Translations under genes and position numbers: made by a program
Notes under the pieces: model-generated
Told to the model about the DNA's origin: nothing
The model's database searches: none
The model's input: only the letters and a program-made list of their open reading frames with translations
Shown: positions 11,701-23,405 of the stretch, piece by piece
Layout: each line of letters starts with the position of its first letter
Numbering within the stretch: the stretch's first letter is position 1
Assembly (NCBI GenBank): GCA_010909165.1
Contig: MU008198.1
Coordinates: forward strand, 274,704-338,703
Reading direction: 5' to 3'
Origin: Anthoceros angustus
Lineage: Eukaryota > Plantae > Anthocerotophyta
DNA: 64,000 nucleotides

Positions 11701-13743
11701 CCACGCCTGCTTAAGTTAAGTATGATGGCTAGAATTACCTATGTCCGAGATTTCCATATGTGATGGTGTTCAAGCCATTAGTAAGTTGAAGGACGTATGG
11801 TGCCCTTGCTTTTTGTATAGAGCTGTTTGTGTGAGATCAAGCCGTCAAATCAGACCTGATCTACGTCTCACAAGTCTAGAAAACGTTGTATGCTATAGTT
11901 TTTCTTACACTCGCTATATCAAAGATTTGCTTTTTCATGCCTACATCAAGCCTGTATTGTCGTTTTTGTAGTCTCAGCTATCCTTTGAGCATAGTGCAGG
12001 AGGTTAGGCCATACAGGTAGGCCATGTTTTCCCTGCGCCTGCACACTAGCACGAATTGCTCAGCATCAAGATTGTTTTTTATGCAAGTGCTGGCCTGAAC
12101 CTGAAGCCCATATGAAGAGAAGGAAGTATTTTAAAAAGTGTGGCATGAGTCCATGACTGTATGTCTCTAGTGACATTGTAGATAGGTGTCGAATCCTCAT
12201 TCTACAAATCTCATTAATTCAAACTTGAGCACAATATCTCAATGCCAATTCCCAACAAGAAACAGAGACATTTTGAACCCTCTAGACAAGAGGTAGATAC
12301 AACTTTGACAGGAATTTTTGTTATTGTATTATTTTGGCCATGCCTTGAAAATGTTGTGGATATTCTAGGGTTAAGGTTTATACTAATCTTTTAATCCCAT
12401 AATGACGAATCTACTCAAAACGAGCTTTTCATGGTACATATCACATGACCACATCATTTATATTTTATAAATTACCAAATTGACTCTGAACACACATTTC
12501 GACCATATCTTCTATTGTTATCATGTTTTTTAAAACAAAATTATCAAAAAAGAACCCAACCCCGACCTTCAAGTCGTAGATTCTATATAAGATTCTCTTA
12601 ACCCACCATGGTTTATTTTAGGTGAGTTTGAGCTGAGGGATGTGAGATCACTGCGCGTGGGCGTTTGATCAAGCGGTCCACAATTCGGACAAAAAATTTG
12701 GACCTCCCAGGCCAGCCCAACACTTTTCTATCAAGTCACCTCGAGGGTGTTTGACCTGGCTCGGCCCGTTTCCGATGTCAGATTTTTGTCATTGCCGGTC
12801 AAGGGACAAGCTTGCTAGCATTTGGCAAAATGTTTGAGGAAGCAAATGTGTGATTTTGATCCTTATTTTTTTGAAGGACGTAAAGGATACTTGTGGGCAC
12901 TCGTGATAAAGTTTGCTCGTAGTGATAAGGTGTGGTGAAGGTGCGTCAGGTCTTAGGAGTGAGTGGAGATTGATGACTGACCTGCCTAGGCATTCTGAAT
13001 CGTTGGTAGTCCGTTGAGAGTGTGGATGTTGAGGAAGGCAGCAGTGGATGCAGGCCATGAGGGGCTCACAAACAACAGCTTTATGATGTTGAAAAGGCTG
13101 TGAGGCGCACAAAACAGCAGCTTGCGGAGAGTTGCATGATATATAATTTGTTGTCTCACCCCCAAAAAGAACCGTTATTATAAGGCTCCCCCTCAAATCT
13201 ACGCCAAGTTCGAATATTTATTTCTAGCTACCTAGTGTTCCAAATGCCTATCAGTTTTTTGTGAATGGCCTCTCCATGCAATTCAATTCTTAAAACATGG
13301 TCTCACGCGCATAACTCCGAATGGAGTAAATGGGGTCTAGCGTGCTCCATCTCGGGGACTAGGTACATCCTCTCACCATATGTACTGTGTTCGTAATTCA
13401 AAAGCCTGGCCGTTCTAACCCGTTTCTAGCGTACCAAGTGCCGTGCACTGATTAGTTCTCTGCCCTGTCTTTCCCTCTCTTCATGGCACACTGTTTGCCC
13501 GTAAATCGACGATCGTTCCATGAAAAAGACCGTGAAGAAGACACGGATATGAAACACCGTAACATATGTATTGTCGCTAAAGAGACACTGCAACATTTGT
13601 AGGTACGTCCATGTACATATGTATGTATAACTGAACCGGGAGCTCCTACGTACACGGCGTACGGACCGTACCAGGTAACCGGGATCACAGCTTCACTGCA
13701 GCGATGCATCACGGACTGTCGGCTGCAACGGAGATGCAACAAC

Positions 13744-15400
13744 ATGAAACGGAAGATGACAAGCGGATCGAGAGAGATGGAGGCCAAGAACGAAGCAGTT
13801 GCACACCAGAAGGCCCCGGAAACGGTGCAACGGCAACAGCGCCTCGATGAAGCTGCCGCGGGCTTAGCACGAAGAATGAACCCAGAGGGCGCTTATTGCG
13901 TTCTGACGTGCACAAGACCGCAGGCTTGCCAGGGCTTGGGAACAGACTTTTATGGCTTTGTCTAAGGCGTATGGTATTGCGGCCTCGATGGTGTTTGGAG
14001 GAGTTTGGCAACGCAACTGTGCAAGGAGGCAGCAGGAGGTAGAGGATTTCCTGGAGGGGGATTCGGGACGGTGTAGTTTGTAGAGATCTGCTTACTGCCG
14101 TCGCTTGTACCAAAGTGGCGATAAACGGGGCTGCCAACTTCGGCTTTTCAGTTTTGGACTTCTGAGCTTTGCAAGCAAAATGTTGTCAGTGAGGGACTCA
14201 TGTTGTGTGAGGTGCCAGCAACGAAGCGGCCCCAGGAAGCTCCTGCCAAATGCAGTGATGAACCTCAGGAGGTGGAGTAGGATAGAGGGTCCTGTTGAAG
14301 GGGATGCAGGTGAACCGGCTTCAGCAAGGGGACTCCCGCGGGTGTGCTGGAGTTCATGGCTGCAGAGGGGATGGTTGAGGGAACATTTACTAAGTCACAG
14401 CCTGAAGGCCTGGACTTCCCACATGTTTCCACTACTGCTGCTTCGATGGAAATAAAGCTTCAGAATCACACAACGCTTACCGTTGGAGACCTGCTACTTG
14501 TCCAGCAACGTGGGTAACCTTCGTTTGTTTGAGTTGAAACCTGGGACACACAAGTTCTGGCCTAGAGACAGGTTTGGAAACTGATGTCTTGCAACCAGGC
14601 TTCCCAGAGTAGACTGGTCTTACTTACTGTGGTGAAGCCTGTTCGCAGCATTAACATGGAGGAGGCAGAGTTGAATTACCACAGACTCGTAGTATATGGA
14701 ACGGCTGCTAAGGCAGTGGCTGCTGGGGATGTGAATGCCTTAGTGCATATGGAGGTGGAGGGTGCGAGGCAGGATGCAGATACGGATATTCATGCTTCAG
14801 CTGACCCTACTCTGTCTCCAACGCAGCATCAGCCTCAATGGCCTCGGAATGATTTTGGCTTCAAGCCACTCAGTTTGACCTCTCCAGTTCAGTGAGACTG
14901 CTTCACTCGCTGCGCATATAGCACAGGAGTCTATGGATTCCGGTGAGCTGCAAGAACAGGCTGAAAGAAGGGCCACTTAAGAGGAAAAAGCTCAGGGAAG
15001 TGTACAGGCGTTGGTGGGGTCAGAGCAGAGCTTCCAGCTGAAGTGCTGTTCAATTGTGGGGAACTTCCGAAACTGCATTAAATGGGTGGGAATCCAGACC
15101 GAATCATTGCATGCAGCATATTTGGGAGGCCTAATGTGGTCCATCTAGGGGATGAACAAGCATATGCACTGTATAAGGTTTACCAGGCAGGAGCTTCAAG
15201 AGGACGTCAAAGCATTTCATGAGCCTGCCAACACGGCGCAGTGGACTCCATCTCTCTACAGGTGTTTGTCCAGGCCAATGTCGGTCGGTCACACGGTCGG
15301 TTAAGCTGCAAGTTTTACACTACGCGTTCCGAGGAGTCTGTGGTCCCGAAGTTCCGCCTGAAAAGGAAAAGGACTGACCAAGCATGCGACGCTTGTGATT
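13744..15400 (+). pseudogene. possible fragmented gene of unknown family
   Basis: Series of plus-strand ORF pieces (13744-13965, 14105-14455, 14584-14895) with coding-like composition; no recognisable domain. Confidence 0.3.
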
Positions 15401-16404
15401 CCAGGACAGCAAATTCTGCTTCACATGGGATGCGTCCCCACTCGGCAAACGCTAACTGAAAGCTTAACAGAGCTCTGTCCTCCGGTGGAATACCCAGTCT
15501 GTGGGGCAGAGTCACGATAGGCGGAGTGGCATCTGCATGTGCCGTCTGCGCACTGGCGAGGAACATTTGACCTTCCAGAAGGAGGGATGGCATGGATGAG
15601 GTGGTGGACTGTGTGAATCTCCGCCTGTTGTGTATTCCGATGGGTATAATTGTCTGTCTCCTGCCCCTTTCACTTTTCGTGAGATGGTTGTCACAGCGAA
15701 CGTGATTTGAGTGGTTGTTCCGGTATCGTCTGTAGGTTGATCGGGTTGATCCCGTCCGTGCATATGCGCGCCCGCCACCAGTTCGTGCTTGGAAACGGAG
15801 AATGAGCACCGACACGCCGCTTGTATGGACGAACATGCTTCTGTAACCCTGTAAGCAGAATAGGGGACCTGCCACGGCGATGCCACATACACAGGTGACT
15901 AGGTGAACAGCCACACACATCAGCGGGGACACATCAGCCGGCTGTAGATAAGGGTAAGAGGGCACCTCCGTCTCTCGGTGTTGATTTTATCCATATTTTC
16001 CTAGTCTGTATTGCTATACCTGCCAGTAACAGAGCATACTTGAATTTTGTGCTTCGGTGCTTTCGGCGTTATTTATACAAGCGCGCCGACGGCAAAACCA
16101 AAGGCACTGGCAACTGCGACTGCAGCGTGGCCAATGGGCGGCATATTTGGCGGACGACCAACTGGCACCAACGAACCGACCCGTTGACAGAACGGATTCT
16201 GGCAACAGTTGCAGATGCAGATGTAGATGCAGATCCAGGGTATGATGTGTACCGTCTTCTTGTGGAGAGCAGCAGAGCAACCGAGGCCAGCTACCGAGAA
16301 CCCTCTTGCTCCGAGTTGTATGTGAAGCTGCAGCCTGCGGGGAATCCAGTAATTGTGCGTAGCCCTAGCCAGCTCCGAGGTCTGACGAGAATCAAATCCA
16401 CTTC

Positions 16405-16433
16405 CCTTGCCTTGCCTTGCCTTGCCTTGCCTT
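16405..16433. repeat. (CCTTG)n microsatellite
   Basis: ccttg repeated five times. Confidence 0.9.
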
Positions 16434-16929
16434 CCCGCCCTGGGGGTTGACCAGGTGCGCGTCGGGGAAGGCGCCCAGGCTCCAGCTGACTGTGACACAC
16501 ACGCAGCATGGAGAGGCGTGTGTGGAAGCCAGCACTCCCTGGCCCTGAAGGAGCGTGAAGGGCCCGGCTCGTCCTGGCCGGGGCTTCTTCACTCTCTTCT
16601 CTGCTTCGTCGGATCCGCCACCTTCGGCAGCTGCAGTTGTGGCCGTTGTGCATCTTGCTCCTGTTTGCCAAGAAGTGGAGTGGAGTTGGGTGCTGCCATT
16701 GCCCAGGGTGTTGTTGTACCGAATGCTGCGCTTGCTGTGGAGGGGGAGCGCAATCGGATAGCAGCAGCGGTAGTGGGTCCTGTGCGCATTTGAGTTCCAG
16801 GTGCGTGGCTCATTTCCCGGCCGATGAGTGTGTTGGTCGAGTGGCAGAGTCCACTTGTTGGGTGTTGTTGTTGTTGTTGTTGATGGTGGGTGGCCTGATT
16901 GTGGGTGATGGGTGATGTGCAGGGGCGGA

Positions 16930-17883
16930 ATGGCTGTCAGGAGTGCGTATCTGAGAGGAATTTGGCTGTGGAGGGCTGCTTCTGGGCGGGCTCTGGAGCA
17001 GCTTGGAGCGCGGTGGCAGGTGCAGCCGGGCGTGAGTGGGGCGAGATGGCGGCAGTCGGCCTGCGCGTGGGGTCAGCAGCCCTTCTGGCTGCACACGGCT
17101 GGGATGGCGCATGAGAATTCCGGGGACGAGGGGGAAGGGGATGGGGAGCACAGGCAGATGGGGCGCCGGGAGCCGCGGGTAACCGCGGAGGAGGTGCAGC
17201 AGGTTTTGAGGCACGTGAATCTCACGTCGCTCAAACACCGGTTAGATGTGGAGGCTCGCGAGCACATGGGCTTGGCTGAGCTGTTGAGCTTGTGTGAGGC
17301 GGAGAGGGTGGCCAGGAGCCCGCAGGAGGCGGCGGAGGTGGTCCGAGCCTTGGACTCGTCTGGAGTGGTGTTTGTGTTTAGGGATCGGGTTTTCCTGCAT
17401 CCGGAGGCTGTAGCCAAGCAGGTTGCCAAGGCGCTGCCCCTGGCGCTGGCTCTCGAGGACGATCCACGGAAGGAGGAGTTCGACAAGCTTCAGAAAATCA
17501 AGGAGCAGATTGATATGCTGGCACACAAGAAGGTGCGGAAGAACTTGTTGGCGGGATTGCTGGTTCTCACTGGCCATTTCCTGGTTTTCTTCCGCCTTAC
17601 CTTCTGGGAGTTTTCGTGGGATGTCATGGAGCCCATCGCATTTTTTGTCACAACAGGTGCCCTGTTGGCGGGATATGCTTATTTTCTTGCCACGGCTACA
17701 GACCCGAGTTATCAGGACTTGCATGAAAGGCTGTTCGTGTATCATCAAAAGAAGCTGATGAAGAAGAAGAAGTTTGACAACAAGAGGTTCCAACTCCTTG
17801 CCAAGCAGTGCAGTAGTTGTTTCTCTAAATCTCTACACTTCACCCCTGTTTCATTACTGAAACAACGTGATGACGACGACTGA
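16930..17883 (+). CDS. MCU: mitochondrial calcium uniporter (plant-type MCU), intronless; alternative start ATG 16915
   Basis: R/S/A/W-rich presequence; LDSSGVVFVFRDRVFLHP; DDPRKEE coiled coil; two TM helices flanking RLTFWEFSWDVMEPIAFF (plant DVME filter). Confidence 0.96.
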   Translation: MAVRSAYLRGIWLWRAASGRALEQLGARWQVQPGVSGARWRQSACAWGQQPFWLHTAGMAHENSGDEGEGDGEHRQMGRREPRVTAEEVQQVLRHVNLTSLKHRLDVEAREHMGLAELLSLCEAERVARSPQEAAEVVRALDSSGVVFVFRDRVFLHPEAVAKQVAKALPLALALEDDPRKEEFDKLQKIKEQIDMLAHKKVRKNLLAGLLVLTGHFLVFFRLTFWEFSWDVMEPIAFFVTTGALLAGYAYFLATATDPSYQDLHERLFVYHQKKLMKKKKFDNKRFQLLAKQCSSCFSKSLHFTPVSLLKQRDDDD

Positions 17884-18964
17884 AGTCACCGGCAGCTGCT
17901 CACCACCAACACTTGACAGCAGCTTGTACTCGTTGTGCAATGGTTGCCTTTCGAGTTTCAGAGGCAGTGGATGACAGGAGTCTCTCTTTATTTCCTGGTG
18001 AGTTCCAGGACTGGATCTCCAAAGCTTGGAGATCTTCAGTTCTCCTGAGGCAAGGGGTCCCTGCAGCTGATGAGGACTGGACATGTGCTCTACCACATGC
18101 CACATGCCCTGCGGAAGGGTTTGCTCTGTTTCTTCTGTGTGAAGCCCTTGAAAACATACATGCAAATGCAGGTCATGGGTTGACGCGAAACGCAGCGTCT
18201 TCACCTCTTGCTGTCATAGTACAGAGGTGATCACACATACTTTTTGGCACGTCTGCCTCTCAATTTTCTGCAATTCCTTCAACGGTTTCATCACATTCTT
18301 GTTGTACCGGAATTTTTGTTGGACGGGCAAGGCTCTTGTATTATCGAACTTTAGAAAGATGTCCTTTTGAACTTTGTGCAGGTCAGTTGAACAAATGCTG
18401 ATCCTTCTATGGAAGCTTTGTTGCTTGCACCCAACCTACCTGAACTGCGCAAACTATCTGTCATTGATGAACCTGTGCCGACCTTTGCACGACGCTAAAG
18501 TAAAATTAGATCGAGTGCTTTGTAGTTACCCAAAGAGGCGCTACTCGGAATCAGCTATTAGAGCACGTGTATTCCAGAGGGTGGATGAGCCGACCTCCCC
18601 CCGAGAACCAAGGCTGAGCTGTTTGACTGGTGAAAAGGCAAACCAACCCTGCCACATAGGCCAGATGAGGAACGAGGGTCACGACGGTTGGGAATGACCG
18701 TTAGTCAGCATTCTTAGCATTTAGGTCAGGCCCAGCGCGCCCACAGCGGCCCCGAAAGGAATAGGCGATGGATTCCTTACAGGAGCCCAAACTGGTGCTA
18801 ATGAGGGGCTTTGTTGTCGTCATGTCATAGGATAAGGCAAATGGGCGTGGGAGATGCCGCAGGATCAGTATTGTTATTAGGCTATTGATTGTGTTCTTGA
18901 AGAACGTGATTTGTTCCGGAAGGGGAGGGGAGGAGGGGGGAATCCGAGGTGTGGGACAAGAGAT

Positions 18965-19121
18965 CTTGTTGGTGTTCAAGGAAGCTGCTTGTTTCCTCAA
19001 CGTTTGTCAGGCTGAGGAGAAACGTTGACATGTGAGGAGAGAGGCGACAGGTTTTGTTGGTGTTCCTAAAAGCTTTTTGTTTCCTCACTTTTGGCAGGTT
19101 GTAAGGAGAAACGTTGACATA
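18965..19121 (+). repeat. imperfect tandem duplication of a splice-acceptor-like segment 5' of the Pro-rich gene
   Basis: ttgttggtgttc..aagct..ttgtttcctca..cagg..ggagaaacgttgacat occurs twice about 89 bp apart. Confidence 0.75.
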
Positions 19122-20321
19122 ATGGCTCTCAACTCGCCTTGGTACAAGCACAAGTTCATGCCCAATGGTAAGTACGAGACAGTTCCTAATGCTCCTCCGC
19201 AGTACGCCCGAAGTTTGAATGTCCCTGAACCCAAGTTCAGTAGATTCGATGCGATTCTGAGCTTACCCATCGGGAACAGCAATTACAAGCTCCAACTCTG
19301 GCACGAAGACTTTGACAAGCCAGAATGCAAGGACAAATTTGTGTCTGGGGATCTTGTCGTGTCTGCCAAACCAGGTGATGAGCGGCCGGCCAAGGAGAGA
19401 TCCTACCACATTGTGCAGAAGGTGTGCGACAATGGCTGGCAGCAGCTCTGCGTCCTCTCTTACCTCAACCCTAACCGTGAGATCCCCGTCCCTCTCGTGG
19501 AGCCTCCACCTCCGGTAGATCCCAATGCGCCTCCTGCTGACCCCAACGCTCCTGCCGCTCCTGCGGCCCCTGGAGCCCCTGCTGCAGCAGCAACCCCAGC
19601 AAAAGCTGGCGCTCCTCCTGCTCCTGGTGCAAAGCCCGGTGCTCCCGCTCCCGCCGCGGCTCCACCTCCCCCTCCCCCTCCCGCTGCTGCCCCTGCTCTT
19701 GCTCCTGCGGATCCTAATGCTCCCCCGGTCGACCCTAACGCTCCCCCAGTGGACCCCAATGCTCCTCCCGCAGTGCCACTGGGCCCCGAGTTTCTCCCCG
19801 AGGTTCCACTGCCGCTGGAGGACGCCAGCGTGATCCGGTCCAAACTAGACTGGTTCGGCTGGTGGAACATCGTGTGCCCGGAAAACACGTTCGTGGACCC
19901 CCGCGGAAAGCCCAATTTCGAGGACGACGAGGACATGTTCCGCAGGCGCTTCAGGCCCTACTGGCAGCCCACAGATTTCGTCATCCGCATCCCCCGCGGC
20001 TCCGCGGGCTTCTCCCTTCACAGGTTCCACCCCCAAGATCGCTACGACCACGGAGACCTGGGCCTCTTGTTCCGGGAATGGCCCGTCGGCTCCGGCGGAT
20101 ACCACGCCATCTTGATCCAGCTCTCGGAGTACCGATACGTGACCATGGAGGGCAAGGAAAAGCTAGGCAAGACATGGATGAAAATCGACCACCGCTTCCT
20201 GGATGCTCCGCCGCCCCCTCCTCCTCCTCCGCCTCCGCCTTCTCCTCCTCCGCCTACGCTCGAAGGCGCGCCCCCAGCCGACGGGGCTGCTGCCGCTCCT
20301 GCTCCTCCTGCAAAAGCTTAG
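19122..20321 (+). CDS. uncharacterised 399-aa protein: two globular-looking regions split by a Pro/Ala-rich DPNAPP-repeat linker, poly-Pro tail
   Basis: Long open frame from ATG 19122 (MALNSPWYKHKF), strong third-position C/G bias, no signal peptide or recognised domain. Confidence 0.85.
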   Translation: MALNSPWYKHKFMPNGKYETVPNAPPQYARSLNVPEPKFSRFDAILSLPIGNSNYKLQLWHEDFDKPECKDKFVSGDLVVSAKPGDERPAKERSYHIVQKVCDNGWQQLCVLSYLNPNREIPVPLVEPPPPVDPNAPPADPNAPAAPAAPGAPAAAATPAKAGAPPAPGAKPGAPAPAAAPPPPPPPAAAPALAPADPNAPPVDPNAPPVDPNAPPAVPLGPEFLPEVPLPLEDASVIRSKLDWFGWWNIVCPENTFVDPRGKPNFEDDEDMFRRRFRPYWQPTDFVIRIPRGSAGFSLHRFHPQDRYDHGDLGLLFREWPVGSGGYHAILIQLSEYRYVTMEGKEKLGKTWMKIDHRFLDAPPPPPPPPPPPSPPPPTLEGAPPADGAAAAPAPPAKA

Positions 20322-21743
20322 CCTTCAACAGCCCAGACCGGAAGTGTGAATTGAAGAAAACTAGCTAATAGGTAAACAAAGTTGATTAGGTAGCTGCGTA
20401 CACCATGTCACACACAGGTGGAGGGGTTAGTACCTACATGTGTAGTTCGCTGAATAAAATACAAGTCATGTAGGTTAGCTGACAGCACTCCAGACCTTCT
20501 CCTACTGCTACAGAAGAAGAAGAAGAATTTAAGGGAATATTTTTTTGAATTTGAAGAGGAATTTTTTGTGCACCATATCTGTAAGGTAGTGAAATAGGTC
20601 GGAGCGAAATGCGAGTGGCGCACATGAGGCAGCTTGGGCACGCGCGCATGCGTGATTGACTGGCGTACCATTTGCAAGGAGAAGCTGAAAAAACAAATGC
20701 TTAGCACCATACATTAGCTATACGCAGGACCCACTTTTATAGCCGGAACGGTTCTCTATTCATGTGCTGGAAACCAAAAACAAGAGATATGGGAGGCCTC
20801 AAAAAACAGAGAACGGTGGACTGCTGCCACAAGCGTCTTCACAAGCAGGTTTCAGCCACGACAAAAGCCGGGACTTGTTCCGGGTGGAGCACTGGAGTAG
20901 GCCTGGGGTAGGTAGACATGGCCAGAAAAATTTGCCCAAGACCCGACTTCCTCGCATGCGTCCTGCGTCACTGGTGACATATTTGCCCCAGCCGGCGCCC
21001 AAAACTATCGGGTATATGAATTTTCAGTGGGTGTGCACTAACGTTGAATGGACTTGGTGCCGCCACCGCATGTGGTAAGGTGAGTTTTCTGCGCCATGAA
21101 ATCTCCGGGCTGATCGATGGTTCCGTGATACGGCCCGAGGAGGGCAGGGCACGTTCTAGTCCCGGAACGTCGGCTCACAAATTCGTGATTCGTGACGCCG
21201 CCCACGCCGTCCCCCGACCCGCTCTACGGCGAGGTGGGGCGTGACAGCAACGGTATGTTGACGCTTCCGTAGCTGAAAGCTGGGTGCGTGGTTGTCACGT
21301 ACCGGTAGTGCGCAGGAATCACAGGCAAACGAAACCAGGTCGAAACGGAGTGGAGAGCACGGCAACAGTAGTCGAGGCCTGGTCTGCACGACCGGGCCCT
21401 GCCGCCCTCCGGAATGATTACAAAAGTCAGTTTCAACCGCCACGCCCTTACTAAATCAGCACCCAGCTCATTTCTCGCCGGCTTCGCGGCGGTTTTATCT
21501 TGCCAGGGCAGCGCGCGCGATCGCGGGATCGGCATCTCCCGTTTTCACGCACGTCGATAGTGAGTGCCAGATTCGCGACCGTAGCGGCAGCCATGGCGTC
21601 TTGATGGTCAGGTCACGGGGAAAGGCTGGGAGCGTCAGCAGGAGCAGCAGCAGGAGCAGTAGCAGCGGCAGGGGCAGGGGCCAGCAACAGCAGCGGGAGC
21701 AGGAGCGGGAGCTCCCGATGCCTGCGCAGCGCAGCAGGTGAAG

Positions 21744-23405
21744 ATGAATCTCGTAGCCGCTACCGACCTCGGCAGCAAGTCACTGCGGGCCACGGGCTGG
21801 GCTTTTCTCGCGCTCATCGCGTTGGCGGCCATCTGTGTGCTCAAGGACGGCTGGGTCAGCAGCGATGGCAGCAGCTGGCTGGCAGCCACCGCTCCCGGCA
21901 TGTCGTCTCTCTCCAAGGACTCGATTCTGGACCGCCACTTCTTCCAACAGGAGCTGCAGCAGGCGGAGGCCAGGATTCTCAACCGGACAGCAGATCTGCT
22001 GGGAAGCGGCTCGGGGCGCGCCTCCAGTGTGCTACCCACCACCGACGTAGCCAGGTTGTTGAGTCTTGTTCCGGGATCGACATCGGGCGGTGGGGAGCAG
22101 GAAGTGAAGCGGTTGAGGAAGCTTCAGTACTGCCACAGGTTCAAGGGCGTCCTGGGCAAGGAGCTGGCGGCCACGACCATGGATCCTTGGCAGCCGGCGG
22201 GGAAGTTTCTTCTCCCTCTCTGCTCTTACGGCCAGATCTCCAACCGGCTGAACTGCATACGGAACTACCTGCTTCTGGCGGTGCTGCTGAACCGGACCTT
22301 GGTGATTCCTGAGCTAGAGACTGGGCCTGCGGGGGGCTACGTGTATGGGCTGGTGATCGACATTCAGCACGCCCGCAGGTGCATCGGCGACGTCGCTAAT
22401 GTGACCATCATCAGCCTGAACGAGTACCGGGCGCGGATTTCCGGGGGCCGCTTTGCCGGGGCTGGGACGGGAGGGCTGGCCCCGGCCATGAAGAATGTGA
22501 GGGTGCAGATTGACAGGATCCTCTGCTGGCAGGAGAATTGCGAGAAGAGGACTCCTCGGAGGCTGTGGGGCGACCAGCCTTCGGATGTGGTGTTTCCTGG
22601 GACAGTTGAGGAGTCGAATGCTTTCAGGCTGGTGCATTCGGTGGCGGACTTGGTTAACGTGTTCGGAGGGGTGAAGGAACGCCTCATTTCCTTCGGAGAT
22701 TTGTTTAATACCGTCAAGCTGACGGACCTCCCGCAGAACATCACGCTGCGCCCGGAACTCCCGTTGCACAACTTGAAGTGCAACATGTTTTTCCAGCCGC
22801 ATCCCGCCATCGTCACGGTGGCCAAGGCGTTTGTGCGAACCATTCTGGGCCCGGATTTCCTGGCTGTGCATTTGCGGAGGGGGGATTTCCTGGGCGCCTG
22901 GAACAGGGAGTCTTGCACGGGAGTGGGGGAGAAGAACCTCAGATGTTGGGTGAGGCCCGTGGACGTTGTTGCAAAATGCATTGCGGAGAAGGTCCGCGGT
23001 ACCAACATTACCGTGGTGTTTGCGGCAACCAATGCGGCTCCAGTCGAGTACTCCTTGCTGGAGAGACTTCTGGCTCTTAATGATCCCCCGTTGGCCCTGG
23101 TCACAGTGCCTCGCAGCTTCGAGGAGCAGCCATTTCGGTTTACAGGTGGGTGGCACAAGCTCAATCTGGATGGCTACCCACTGGCGTTCGCTACCCTGGA
23201 CAAGCTGATATGTGCAATGAGCAGGATTTTCATGGGCACCATCGCGTCCACCTTCACGGACGACATTGTCTCTATGAGAGCTGCGCTTGGGACCTTGAGT
23301 TGCCAGGATCAAAACCTTTGTGCGAACTTCCGGTATGACCTTGATTCCCTGCCATTTTTCAACGAAACTGATACCCTTTCTAAACTGCCATACAGAAGAA
23401 GGTAG
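21744..23405 (+). CDS. O-fucosyltransferase family protein (O-FucT; OFUT36-like), type II membrane, intronless
   Basis: N-terminal TM (GWAFLALIALAAICVL); GKFLLPLCSYGQISNRLNC...LLNRTLVIP; FLAVHLRRGDF; VFAATNA; LDKLICAMSRIFMGTIASTFTDDI. Confidence 0.92.
   Translation: MNLVAATDLGSKSLRATGWAFLALIALAAICVLKDGWVSSDGSSWLAATAPGMSSLSKDSILDRHFFQQELQQAEARILNRTADLLGSGSGRASSVLPTTDVARLLSLVPGSTSGGGEQEVKRLRKLQYCHRFKGVLGKELAATTMDPWQPAGKFLLPLCSYGQISNRLNCIRNYLLLAVLLNRTLVIPELETGPAGGYVYGLVIDIQHARRCIGDVANVTIISLNEYRARISGGRFAGAGTGGLAPAMKNVRVQIDRILCWQENCEKRTPRRLWGDQPSDVVFPGTVEESNAFRLVHSVADLVNVFGGVKERLISFGDLFNTVKLTDLPQNITLRPELPLHNLKCNMFFQPHPAIVTVAKAFVRTILGPDFLAVHLRRGDFLGAWNRESCTGVGEKNLRCWVRPVDVVAKCIAEKVRGTNITVVFAATNAAPVEYSLLERLLALNDPPLALVTVPRSFEEQPFRFTGGWHKLNLDGYPLAFATLDKLICAMSRIFMGTIASTFTDDIVSMRAALGTLSCQDQNLCANFRYDLDSLPFFNETDTLSKLPYRRR

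Noticed and set aside
15315-15965. 216-aa minus-strand ORF
   Set aside because: No recognisable motif or clear codon bias, with several competing frames
16810-17793. Several antisense and alternative-frame ORFs over MCU
   Set aside because: Shadow frames with no motifs
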